Below are positions 50,178 through 59,553 of a stretch of DNA of 64,000 nucleotides, one piece after another; within the stretch, counting starts at the first letter, position 1; each line of letters opens with the position of its first letter. The stretch lies in NCBI GenBank assembly GCA_000992085.1, contig LBTN01000012.1:1498-65497 (forward strand), written 5' to 3'. The notes under the pieces were generated by a model. The model did no database searches. It was not told the origin of the DNA and saw nothing but the letters and a program-made list of their open reading frames with translations. This stretch comes from Candidatus Magasanikbacteria bacterium GW2011_GWA2_37_8. GTDB taxonomy: Bacteria; Patescibacteriota; Patescibacteriia; Magasanikbacterales; GWA2-37-8. The translations under genes and the position numbers were made by a program.

Positions 50178-52844
50178 ATGAAGGAATTGCCTAAGGCCTA
50201 CGAGCCAGAACAATATGAAGATAAAATTTACACACGTTGGGAAGAAAGTGGCTTTTTTAATCCGGATAAATGTGATAAAGAAGGAAAATGTACAACTGGC
50301 AAAAGTTTTTCTATTGTTCTTCCGCCACCAAATGTGACAGGCACACTTCATATCGGGCATGCCTCAATGCTGGCTATTCAAGACTTGATGATAAGATATC
50401 ATAGAATGAAAGGTGATAGGACTCTTTGGGTGCCTGGGACTGATCACGCGGCCATTGCCACACAAACAAAAGTAGAAAAATTATTAATGGAGCGTGGTAT
50501 TAAGGAGCCAAAAAAGGAATTAGGTAGAGAAAAGTTTTTGGAAGAGGTAAATAAATTCGCCAAAGAATCTCACGATACAATTGTCAATCAATCCAAAAAA
50601 ATGGGATCTAGTTTGGATTGGAGTCGCGAAGCTTTTACTTTGGATGAACCGAGAAATTTGGCAGTGAAAACTGTTTTTAAAAAAATGTATGATGATGGTT
50701 TGATTTATCGTGGCTATAGGATTGTAAATTGGTGTCCAAGATGTCATTCTACTTTGGCGGATGACGAAGTAGAACATAAAACTTCACAAGGAAAAATGTA
50801 TTGGATAAAATATGGTCCTTTTATTTTGGCTACAACTCGTCCAGAAACAAAATTGGGCGACACTGCGGTAGCTGTCAATCCTAATGACAACAGATATAAA
50901 GACATGGTCGGTAAAAAATATATGATACCAGGAGTTTTGGGTGAATTTGAAATTATTGTAGTAGCTGATGATGCTGTGGATATAGAATTTGGTTCTGGAG
51001 CAGTGAAGGTGACCCCATATCATAGTTTTACAGATTATGAAATTGCGCAGCGCCATGGTATTGTTGGTAAACAAATTATTGATGAAGACGGTAAAATGAT
51101 GGCTAACTGTGGTAAATATGCCGGTATGACAACTTTAGAGGCACGTACTGCTATTGTAAAAGATATGGAAAAGATGGGATTGATTGACCATGTGGAAGAT
51201 TATGAAAATAACTTATCTATTTGTTATCGTTGTGGGCATGCGATCGAACCAATACCTTCTAAGCAGTGGTTTATTGACGTAAACAAGAGATTTAAATTAG
51301 AAAAATCAAAATTAAAAAATATCAAAGACGGGCAAGAAGTGAGTTTGAAAGAATTGATGCAGACAGTTGTAAAATCAGAACAGATCGAAATTGTTCCAGA
51401 GAGGTTTGATAAAATATATTTTCATTGGATAGATAATTTGCGTGATTGGTGTATTAGTCGTCAGATTTGGTATGGGCACCAGATTCCTGTTTGGTACAAG
51501 GGCGATGAAATTTTTGTTGGTATAGAGGCCCCAGATGAAGATGGTTGGTTGCAAGATCCAGATACACTTGATACCTGGTTTTCTTCAGGGCTTTGGACGT
51601 TCTCAACTTTGGGCTGGCCTAACGAGACAGAGGATTTGAAAAATTTTCATCCGACAACTGTTATGGAAACTGGCTATGATATTTTGTTTTTCTGGGTGGC
51701 ACGTATGATTCTTATGACCACCTATACTTTAGGTGACATTCCATTTGAAAAAGTTTATTTGCACGGGCTTGTGCGTGACGAACAAGGGAGAAAGATGAGT
51801 AAGAGTTTAGGGAACGTAATTGATCCGTTGGACGTTTGTAAAGAATATGGAACAGATGCTGTGAGACTGTCTCTTCTTATAGGTAATACCCCAGGGAATG
51901 ATTGTAAATTATCCGAAGAGAAAATAGCTGGGTTTAGAAATTTTTCTAACAAGCTTTGGAATATTAGTCGGTTTATATTGACACAGATAGAAGATAATAA
52001 ATATCAAATAATAGATAAGCCAACTCCGAAAACATTGGCTGATAAGTGGATTTTGGTTAATTTAGGCATTGTGATCTATGAAGTTAGTAAAAATATTGAA
52101 AAATTTCAGTTTTCTCAAGCCGGAGAATTATTGCGCGATTTTACCTGGAATGAATTGGCTGACTGGTATTTGGAAATTGCTAAAATCGAAGGTGATAAAT
52201 CAGAAATTTTAAATTATATTTTAAGCGTGATTTTGAAATTATGGCATCCTTTTATGCCTTTTGTAACAGAACAAATTTGGACAGAAATTTATGGAGAAGA
52301 AAGAATGCTAATTGTTGAGAAATGGCCAACCATTCAAAAGACCTCATTGCAAGAAGAAGCGGTTGATTTTGGTTGCACTAGTATTGATTTTCAATTAATT
52401 CAGGATATTATCGCCGGCATTCGTTCGCTTCGTGCGGAAAATAAAATTGAACCAGTTAAGAAATTAAATGTAGTTATTTCCGCTGGAGGCAAGAAAGATT
52501 TGTTAGAGGAAAATTCAGAAATTATTAAAACCTTAGCAAGATTAGAAAATTTACAAATTGAGGAATCAGCCACTAAACCTGCTGGTAGTATTGGTTTTGT
52601 AAAAAGTGGAGTAGAAATTTTTGTAGATTTATCTGGAGCAATAGATGTAGAAAAGGAAAAAATTAGATTAGAAAAAGAGAAACAAGAGCTAGGTATATAC
52701 ATAAAAGGTTTGGGAGGCAAATTAGATAATAAAGAGTTTGTAAATAACGCGCCACCAGCTGTAGTAGAAAAAGAGCAACAAAAATTAAACGAAGCCAAGG
52801 ATAAACTAATCAAATTAAATAGCCAATTAGAGGGGTTAAATTAA
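50178..52844 (+). CDS. valS: Valine-tRNA ligase
   Basis: PPPNVTGTLHIGH, DWCISRQ, KMSKS, C-terminal coiled coil. Confidence 0.99.
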   Translation: MKELPKAYEPEQYEDKIYTRWEESGFFNPDKCDKEGKCTTGKSFSIVLPPPNVTGTLHIGHASMLAIQDLMIRYHRMKGDRTLWVPGTDHAAIATQTKVEKLLMERGIKEPKKELGREKFLEEVNKFAKESHDTIVNQSKKMGSSLDWSREAFTLDEPRNLAVKTVFKKMYDDGLIYRGYRIVNWCPRCHSTLADDEVEHKTSQGKMYWIKYGPFILATTRPETKLGDTAVAVNPNDNRYKDMVGKKYMIPGVLGEFEIIVVADDAVDIEFGSGAVKVTPYHSFTDYEIAQRHGIVGKQIIDEDGKMMANCGKYAGMTTLEARTAIVKDMEKMGLIDHVEDYENNLSICYRCGHAIEPIPSKQWFIDVNKRFKLEKSKLKNIKDGQEVSLKELMQTVVKSEQIEIVPERFDKIYFHWIDNLRDWCISRQIWYGHQIPVWYKGDEIFVGIEAPDEDGWLQDPDTLDTWFSSGLWTFSTLGWPNETEDLKNFHPTTVMETGYDILFFWVARMILMTTYTLGDIPFEKVYLHGLVRDEQGRKMSKSLGNVIDPLDVCKEYGTDAVRLSLLIGNTPGNDCKLSEEKIAGFRNFSNKLWNISRFILTQIEDNKYQIIDKPTPKTLADKWILVNLGIVIYEVSKNIEKFQFSQAGELLRDFTWNELADWYLEIAKIEGDKSEILNYILSVILKLWHPFMPFVTEQIWTEIYGEERMLIVEKWPTIQKTSLQEEAVDFGCTSIDFQLIQDIIAGIRSLRAENKIEPVKKLNVVISAGGKKDLLEENSEIIKTLARLENLQIEESATKPAGSIGFVKSGVEIFVDLSGAIDVEKEKIRLEKEKQELGIYIKGLGGKLDNKEFVNNAPPAVVEKEQQKLNEAKDKLIKLNSQLEGLN

Positions 52845-52849
52845 TTTTT

Positions 52850-53956
52850 ATGCACGAAGAAAATTTTCCAATGATTAAGATGAGCGATAGTAAAGATATA
52901 ATGCGAAAGGCAGGGGCTAGTGTCGGTTTGATAAAAGATGCAGCGATAAAAGAATCTGCTTTGGTAAATCGTAGAAATGAAGTACAAAAAAATCCAGAAT
53001 TACCGTTTGCTTTGTTAGATTTGTTTGATGACCATTTTAAAAAGATAGATGAAATTTTTTGTAATTTAGGTAAGATTGATAATAAACGTGAGGCGTTATT
53101 AGCTGTTAAAGATTTATCGGCAGAAATAGTAGAGACTCCTGATTTAGAAAAATATTTACCTAAAGATGTGTTGCCTTATTTTGAACATGACGCGTCAGTT
53201 TTTAAGAGGTCGGTAATTGTAATGTTTAAAAACGGTTTGTTGGAAGAAATTGACAGCTTGTTAGATCAACAAGATTTTGATGATGAAGACGTAAGAGGTT
53301 TGCAAGATATTTGGGCGGGAATTATAAAAATGTGGGACGCGTATCGTTTGATTATGGAGGATTTATTTTTACGTTTAAAAGGCCCCGATGATGTATTTGA
53401 CCCAACTATTGATCGAGAAAAACCAGTTGGTCGGTTATTTAATACATTGCATTGGCTTATGAATGGTCATAATAATAAAAAAACTGGGGGTATATTAACA
53501 GGTGAGCGTCATAATGGTTATGCTTTAAGCGGTCCAGATTATACAGAAAAAAGCGAGTTTAAAATCGACCCAGAACTTAGATCCAAAGCCGATGAATTAA
53601 AGATTGCTGTGCCGCATGGTATGGTTTTAAGTTCGTCAAGCAATTTTCTTTCTAATGCTGTCCGAAAAGGGATAAGATCGGAGAGTGGTTGTGTTGTGAG
53701 TCTGGAGATTACGCATGATAATAAGAATTTAGTCGTAAGTTTTTCAGACAATGGTAAGGGGATACCTGATGAAGAAAAGACAAAAATATTTTTACCAACT
53801 TTTACAACCAAAAAAAATGAGCCAGGCGGTAAGGGGTTGGCTTTTGCGGATACACGTTTTGAAAAAGCCGGTGGTAAGATTGAAGTGATTTCACCAGACG
53901 AAGAGAGGGGTTGGAGCACTACGTTTAAAATTACCATCCCTTTTGTTAATAATTAG
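52850..53956 (+). CDS. HATPase_c (GHKL) domain protein
   Basis: NFLSNA, DNGKGI, FTTK, GKGL; no TM, no clear H-box. Confidence 0.75.
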   Translation: MHEENFPMIKMSDSKDIMRKAGASVGLIKDAAIKESALVNRRNEVQKNPELPFALLDLFDDHFKKIDEIFCNLGKIDNKREALLAVKDLSAEIVETPDLEKYLPKDVLPYFEHDASVFKRSVIVMFKNGLLEEIDSLLDQQDFDDEDVRGLQDIWAGIIKMWDAYRLIMEDLFLRLKGPDDVFDPTIDREKPVGRLFNTLHWLMNGHNNKKTGGILTGERHNGYALSGPDYTEKSEFKIDPELRSKADELKIAVPHGMVLSSSSNFLSNAVRKGIRSESGCVVSLEITHDNKNLVVSFSDNGKGIPDEEKTKIFLPTFTTKKNEPGGKGLAFADTRFEKAGGKIEVISPDEERGWSTTFKITIPFVNN

Positions 53957-53967
53957 ATAAAGTTTAT

Positions 53968-55149
53968 ATGTCAATCAATACGGATCAAATAAAAATTCAG
54001 GAATTATTAACACGTGGGGTAGATGAAGTAATTGATCGTGTTAATTTAGAAAAGAAATTAAAAAGTGGCAAACAATTGCGTATTAAATTAGGAATTGATC
54101 CTACTAGCCCAAACATTCATATTGGTCGCTCTATTCCACTTTTAAAATTACGCGATTTTCAAGAACTAGGGCATCAAGTTGTTTTTATAATTGGTGATTT
54201 TACTGGTGTAATCGGCGATACCTCAGACAAAGATTCGGAACGTCCGATGTTAGAAAAGAAAATGGTACAGGAGAATATGAAAAATTACGTAAAGCAGGCT
54301 GGTAAAATTTTGGATATGAAAAAATGCGAAGTGCATTTTAATAGCGAGTGGCTAAAGAAACTTGGTTATAACGAAATTTGTGATCAGGCTGATCAGTTTT
54401 CTTTGGCAGAGTTTAGTGCACGGGAAAATATTCGTCGTCGGTTAGATGCTGGTACGCGAGTGTCTTTACGTGAACTTATGTATCCTTTAATGCAAGGTTA
54501 TGATTCTGTGGCTATCAAAGCCGATGTAGAATTAGGTGGTACAGACCAGCGGTTTAATTTATTGGCTGGCAGAACTCTGCAATCACATTATGGCCAAGAG
54601 CCACAAGATATTGTAATGGGACCACTACTCGAGGGTACAGACGGGCGCAAGATGAGCTCTTCCTGGGGTAATACAATAAATTTGATGGCCGAACCTAATG
54701 ATATGTTTGGCAAGGTTATGTCTATTGGCGATGAGTTAATTGTTAAATATTTTAATCTGGCCACGCGGGTGCCGATGGACGAAGTTAAGAAATATGAATC
54801 AGAATTAAAATCTGGTGCTAATCCGCGTGATTTAAAAGTACGTTTGGCTTTTGAAATTGTTAAAATGTATTATTCAGAAAAAGAAGCCCAAGAAGCAGAA
54901 GGCTATTTTATTGCTACTTTTAGCAATAAGCAGACACCAGATGAGGTGCCAGAAATTAAACCAAGCGTTTATGATATAATTACAGTTTTGGTAGAGGCGA
55001 AAATTTGTGCTAGCAAGGGTGATGCGCGTAGACAAATTGAGCAAGGTGGGGTAAAAGTAAACGAAACTAAAGTTGATGATTTTAATTTTGTAATTAAATC
55101 TGGAGATGTAGTGCAAAAAGGAAGCAGGTTTTTTGTAAAAGTTAAGTGA
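53968..55149 (+). CDS. tyrS: Tyrosine-tRNA ligase
   Basis: GIDPT..HIG, YPLMQGYD, GGTDQ, KMSSS, S4 domain. Confidence 0.98.
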   Translation: MSINTDQIKIQELLTRGVDEVIDRVNLEKKLKSGKQLRIKLGIDPTSPNIHIGRSIPLLKLRDFQELGHQVVFIIGDFTGVIGDTSDKDSERPMLEKKMVQENMKNYVKQAGKILDMKKCEVHFNSEWLKKLGYNEICDQADQFSLAEFSARENIRRRLDAGTRVSLRELMYPLMQGYDSVAIKADVELGGTDQRFNLLAGRTLQSHYGQEPQDIVMGPLLEGTDGRKMSSSWGNTINLMAEPNDMFGKVMSIGDELIVKYFNLATRVPMDEVKKYESELKSGANPRDLKVRLAFEIVKMYYSEKEAQEAEGYFIATFSNKQTPDEVPEIKPSVYDIITVLVEAKICASKGDARRQIEQGGVKVNETKVDDFNFVIKSGDVVQKGSRFFVKVK

Positions 55150-55181
55150 TAGGTAGTTTATAATTTGTAGTTAATAGTTTT

Positions 55182-56909
55182 ATGGATATTTTAAAAAAAC
55201 AAATTATTGAATTGTTAATATCTGTCGGAGTATCTGGTAATATTGATTTAACAAGCCCCCCAAAAGCAGAAATGGGGGATTTGGCGTTTGGTTGTTTTGG
55301 GATTGCTAAAGAATGGAGCGTGAGTCCAAACGAAGCCGCCGAAAAAATTGTATCTGAATTTTTAAATTTAAAATCTGAGGTTATTAAAGATGTTAAAGTG
55401 TTTGGTCCATATGTAAATTTTTATTTAAATACCAGTGTTGTAGCCAAGATAGTTTTGACAGAGGTAGCTAAAAAGAATTTTGGCGCTAATAACCTCGGTC
55501 ATGAAAAAAAAGTTTTGATTGAGTATCCATCGCAGAATACTCATAAAGAATTCCATATTGGCCATTTGCGTATTGTTGCTATTGGTAATACCTTAGTTAA
55601 CCTTTATAACAAAAGTGGTTTTAAGATGATCCCGATAAATTATGTAAACGATTTCGGTTCTCATGTAGTCAAATGTTTGTGGGGGGTGCTAAAAAGGAAT
55701 AAAGAACAAGGAATAATGAGTAAGTTGCCAGAAAATAAACAGAGGTGGTTGGGTGAAGTTTATGCCGAAGCCAGTAATTATATCAAAGAATATGAATTAG
55801 AAGTCAGGTCAGAATTAGATGATTTGCAGAAAAAATTAGAAGCAAAGGACAAATCAATAATAAAATTGTTTAAACAGACAAGGGGTTGGAGTATTGATGG
55901 TTTTGCTAGGTTGAGCCAAGAATTGGGAATAAAACATGACAAAATATTTTATGAAAGTGATGTAAAAGAAAAAGGGCAAAAAATTGTCGATCAGTTATTA
56001 CAAGCGGGTATCGCCGAAGTGGGCGAACGAGGTGCGATAATTATTAATTTAGAAAAATTTGGGTTGGATATTGCATTGCTTCGTAAATCTACTGGCGCTG
56101 GGGTATATTTAACTAGCGATTTGGCTTTGGCGGTTGAGAAATTTAAGAAATATAAAGTAGAAGAGAGTATAAATATTACTGGTTCAGAACAGGAATTTTA
56201 TTTTAAACAGCTGTTTAAAATTTTGGAGTTGAATGGTTTTAAAAATAAAATGACACATATCGGTTGTGGTTTAGTTAATTTACCGAGTGGTAAAATGTCT
56301 TCTCGGACCGGGTCGGTAATTTTGTATGAAGATTTGCGTGATGAAATTTATGCAAAAATGTACGAAGAAACCAAGAGCCGTCATGTAGATTGGAAGGAAA
56401 ATAAAATTAAGAAGATCGTGGGTGTTTTAACTATGGCAGTTTTGAAATTTACCATGCAGAAACATGAAGCAGCCAAATTAATAACTTTTGACATGAAAGA
56501 GGCTACCAGTTTTGAAGGTTTTTCTGCGCCGTATATTTTATATGTTGTTGCGCGTATTAATAGTTTGCTTCGAAAATCTAAAATTAATTTACAACCACGC
56601 TTTCTTGTTAGCGAACCTAAAATTAATTATAGTTTATTAACAAATGGGGCAGAAAAGAAATTGTTAATGTTGATGGGTGACTATAACGAAATAGTTATTA
56701 AGGCTCTAAAAAATTATAATCCTTCTGTAATCACAAAATATTGTTTTGATTTAGCGCAGGCATTTAATGATTATTATAACAAAGTTTCTATTCTTAATTT
56801 AGACGATAAGGAGGTAATTAAAGCTCGTCTAGTATTATGTAGAGCAGTTAAATTAGTATTAACTGATGCTTTGGGTCTATTAACCATCGCCACCGTTCAA
56901 GAAATGTAG
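55182..56909 (+). CDS. argS: Arginine-tRNA ligase
   Basis: GPYVNF, HIGHLR, NDFG, KMSSRTG, PYILYVVAR. Confidence 0.97.
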   Translation: MDILKKQIIELLISVGVSGNIDLTSPPKAEMGDLAFGCFGIAKEWSVSPNEAAEKIVSEFLNLKSEVIKDVKVFGPYVNFYLNTSVVAKIVLTEVAKKNFGANNLGHEKKVLIEYPSQNTHKEFHIGHLRIVAIGNTLVNLYNKSGFKMIPINYVNDFGSHVVKCLWGVLKRNKEQGIMSKLPENKQRWLGEVYAEASNYIKEYELEVRSELDDLQKKLEAKDKSIIKLFKQTRGWSIDGFARLSQELGIKHDKIFYESDVKEKGQKIVDQLLQAGIAEVGERGAIIINLEKFGLDIALLRKSTGAGVYLTSDLALAVEKFKKYKVEESINITGSEQEFYFKQLFKILELNGFKNKMTHIGCGLVNLPSGKMSSRTGSVILYEDLRDEIYAKMYEETKSRHVDWKENKIKKIVGVLTMAVLKFTMQKHEAAKLITFDMKEATSFEGFSAPYILYVVARINSLLRKSKINLQPRFLVSEPKINYSLLTNGAEKKLLMLMGDYNEIVIKALKNYNPSVITKYCFDLAQAFNDYYNKVSILNLDDKEVIKARLVLCRAVKLVLTDALGLLTIATVQEM

Positions 56910-56915
56910 TAATAT

Positions 56916-57317
56916 ATGGTAACTATGAATAAAAAAATAAGTGTAGTTGGTATTTTTTTTGTAACCGTAGTTATGATATCGGCGGGTTTAGTATTTTATC
57001 ATTGTTTTGTTTTAGAAGATTATTATGTACGTAACACAGTCGAGTGTGATCCTTTAACAGAAAGTTGTTTTGTAAATGCGTGCAATCCAGTTGATGATGC
57101 TGTTTGCCCCAAAGATGAGCAAGAGAGAATCAATTACTATAAGTTTATAGAAAAAAAAGCAAAGGAGATTTCTTCTTGTCAGACCGATGGGTCGAGTTGT
57201 TTAGATCTTGCTTGTAATCCAGGAGACAGTTGTCGTGTTATTTTGTGTGATTATACTAATATTACAACAGGTGATGAGTGTGCGTACCCAGAAGTATACA
57301 CCAAAAATTTAAAATAG
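56916..57317 (+). CDS. Cys-rich membrane-anchored hypothetical protein
   Basis: N-terminal TM, then CDPLTESCF..C..C.. with about ten Cys. Confidence 0.7.
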   Translation: MVTMNKKISVVGIFFVTVVMISAGLVFYHCFVLEDYYVRNTVECDPLTESCFVNACNPVDDAVCPKDEQERINYYKFIEKKAKEISSCQTDGSSCLDLACNPGDSCRVILCDYTNITTGDECAYPEVYTKNLK

Positions 57318-57333
57318 AGTTTAATCTTTTATC

Positions 57334-58223
57334 ATGGGTTTAATTAGTTCTGTATCAGATTTTTTTAGAGTACATTGGTTGTTACTGTCTTTTTGTGCGC
57401 CAATGCTTTGGGCGATTGTTAATATTATTGATGTATACTTTGTTAAAGAAGTATATGATGACGAAATGGATGGAACTATAATGTCGGGTTTGTTTCAAAT
57501 TATTCCATGGTTCGCTTTAATATTTTTTTTACCGTGGGGTAATTTTAAGGTGTTGTGGACAAATTTCTATGGTTACAGCATAATCCCTAACTTTTTAATG
57601 GTCTACGGGCAATTTCTTTTTTTATTGGTGCTGAGCAATTACCGATGATTAAATATATTGGTATGGGCGTGGTTTTGTTGGGTGCTATATTATTATCTTT
57701 AAGTAATAAAATTAGAAATAAATTTTCTGTGCGCTATATGTCGATTATGTTAGCGGCGGTATTTTTACTTTCTTTAAGTATGATATTTGAGGGCGAAGCT
57801 TATACTAGAATTTTAGATTATAATTTTGGTGATCAGGGATTTTTGTTTATTTTTGCATTATTTTCTTTAGGAGCATTTTTGGCTGGTGTTTTTTTTACCA
57901 TTTTAGTTAAGCGTAATCCAATAATTTTAATAAAAAAATATTGGAAGGTATTCTTTGTAGCCGAAGGCATTTCTTTCGTTGGCACACTAGCATCACAAAG
58001 GTCAATTGACGTTGCCCCATCAGTATCATATGTGGCTACAGTAGAAACTTTTGTGCCCGTTTTTATTATATTTTTTAGTTTAATTATTTTGGTGTATCTT
58101 TCCAAAATTGCAAAAGTTGGGAATGGTGTTATTGAAGCTATTTATCGGGAGCAGCTTGATGGTGTTTGGATAAAAATTATCGCCACTGTAGTGATGGGGG
58201 TTGGCGTTTATCTTATCAGTTAA
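57334..58223 (+). pseudogene. EamA/DMT-like transporter split into two ORFs
   Basis: 57334-57648 and 57645-58223; the second frame extends upstream as ISFFIGAEQLP, an EamA end-of-repeat signature. Confidence 0.65.
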
Positions 58224-58224
58224 T

Positions 58225-59532
58225 ATGAAAATTTTATTTATTTCTGGCGAACTTATCGCGGCAGATTTAGCCTATCGTTTACAAGCGGAGGGTTGCGAAG
58301 TAAAAATGTATATAGAAGACGAGCAGAGAAAGGATTGTTTTGAAAATATAGTAGAGAAGACTACAAATTGGCAAAAAGAGTTAACCTGGGTTGGCAAGGA
58401 TGGTTTGATCGTATTTGATGATATTGGTTTTGGTAAAGAACAAGATAACTTAAGAAAAAAAGGTTATCTAGTTGTAGGCGGAAGCGCGGGCGGTGATGAT
58501 TTGGAAAAAGATCGAGTTTTTGGACAAAAAGTATGTTCCGAATGTGGTTTAAGTGGCGTGATTAAAACTTTTAATTTTAATACAATTAGTTCGGCGATAG
58601 AGTATGTTAGACAGCACCCTAATTTTTGGGTAATAAAACAAAATAGTCACTTTAGTGTTTTTAATTATATTGGTGAAAAGGCTGATGGTAGTGATGTGAT
58701 TAAGGTTTTAGAAAATTATCAAGCGCAAGGTTTGGATAAGTTTTTAGCCATTAGTTTGCAAGAAAAAGTTGCAGGTATAGAAATAAGTGTAGCTAGATAT
58801 TTTAATGGTTTAGACTGGTTAGGTCCGATAGAATATAGTATTGAGCATAAAAGGCTTTTAAATAATGATTTGGGCCCATTTACTCCTGAGATGGGCACGG
58901 TAATGTGGTATAATGAAGATGAAGGAAAAAAACTCTATCAAGAGACTTTGGCAAAAATTAAGCCTTTTTTACAGAGGGTGAATTTTAAAGGAGATGTTGC
59001 AGTGAATTGTTTGGTAGATAAAGATAATTTTTTTATTTTGGAGTTAACCACCAGATTTGGTAGCCCAGAAGTACATTTGCAGATGGAAATTCATAATACT
59101 CCTTGGAAAGATTTTTTGTTGGCTGTAGCTAAAGGAGAAAAAATTGATTTGGATTATAAAAAAGGTTATGGTTTAGTGGTTAGTTTAGTAACTCCCCCTT
59201 TTCCTTATTTTGCTGAGAGCGACCCTATAAATAATAAATCTTGTAAAGGTGCTAAGATTATATTTAAAGAAAAATTGACTGAAGAAGAATGGAGCAGAGT
59301 TCATTTTGAAGAAGTATCAAAAAATAAAAAAGTCGGTTCATTTTTTGTCGCTGGTGGTTATGGCAGTATTATGCATGTTACTGGTTTTGGTAAATCTGTA
59401 GTAGAGGCTAGAACGCAGGTTTATGATTTGATAGACAAAATAGAAATTCCTCAAATGATGTATCGTACTGATATTGGTGAAAATTTTTTAAATAATGACG
59501 AGCGTCTTTTGCAAGATTGGGGATGGGTATAA
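58225..59532 (+). CDS. PurD-like ATP-grasp protein
   Basis: LEKDRVFG, QEKVAGIEIS, EHKRL..DLGPFTPEMGT, LELTTRFG, YRTDIG. Confidence 0.8.
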   Translation: MKILFISGELIAADLAYRLQAEGCEVKMYIEDEQRKDCFENIVEKTTNWQKELTWVGKDGLIVFDDIGFGKEQDNLRKKGYLVVGGSAGGDDLEKDRVFGQKVCSECGLSGVIKTFNFNTISSAIEYVRQHPNFWVIKQNSHFSVFNYIGEKADGSDVIKVLENYQAQGLDKFLAISLQEKVAGIEISVARYFNGLDWLGPIEYSIEHKRLLNNDLGPFTPEMGTVMWYNEDEGKKLYQETLAKIKPFLQRVNFKGDVAVNCLVDKDNFFILELTTRFGSPEVHLQMEIHNTPWKDFLLAVAKGEKIDLDYKKGYGLVVSLVTPPFPYFAESDPINNKSCKGAKIIFKEKLTEEEWSRVHFEEVSKNKKVGSFFVAGGYGSIMHVTGFGKSVVEARTQVYDLIDKIEIPQMMYRTDIGENFLNNDERLLQDWGWV

Positions 59533-59553
59533 TAATATTTATGTATTGAATTT

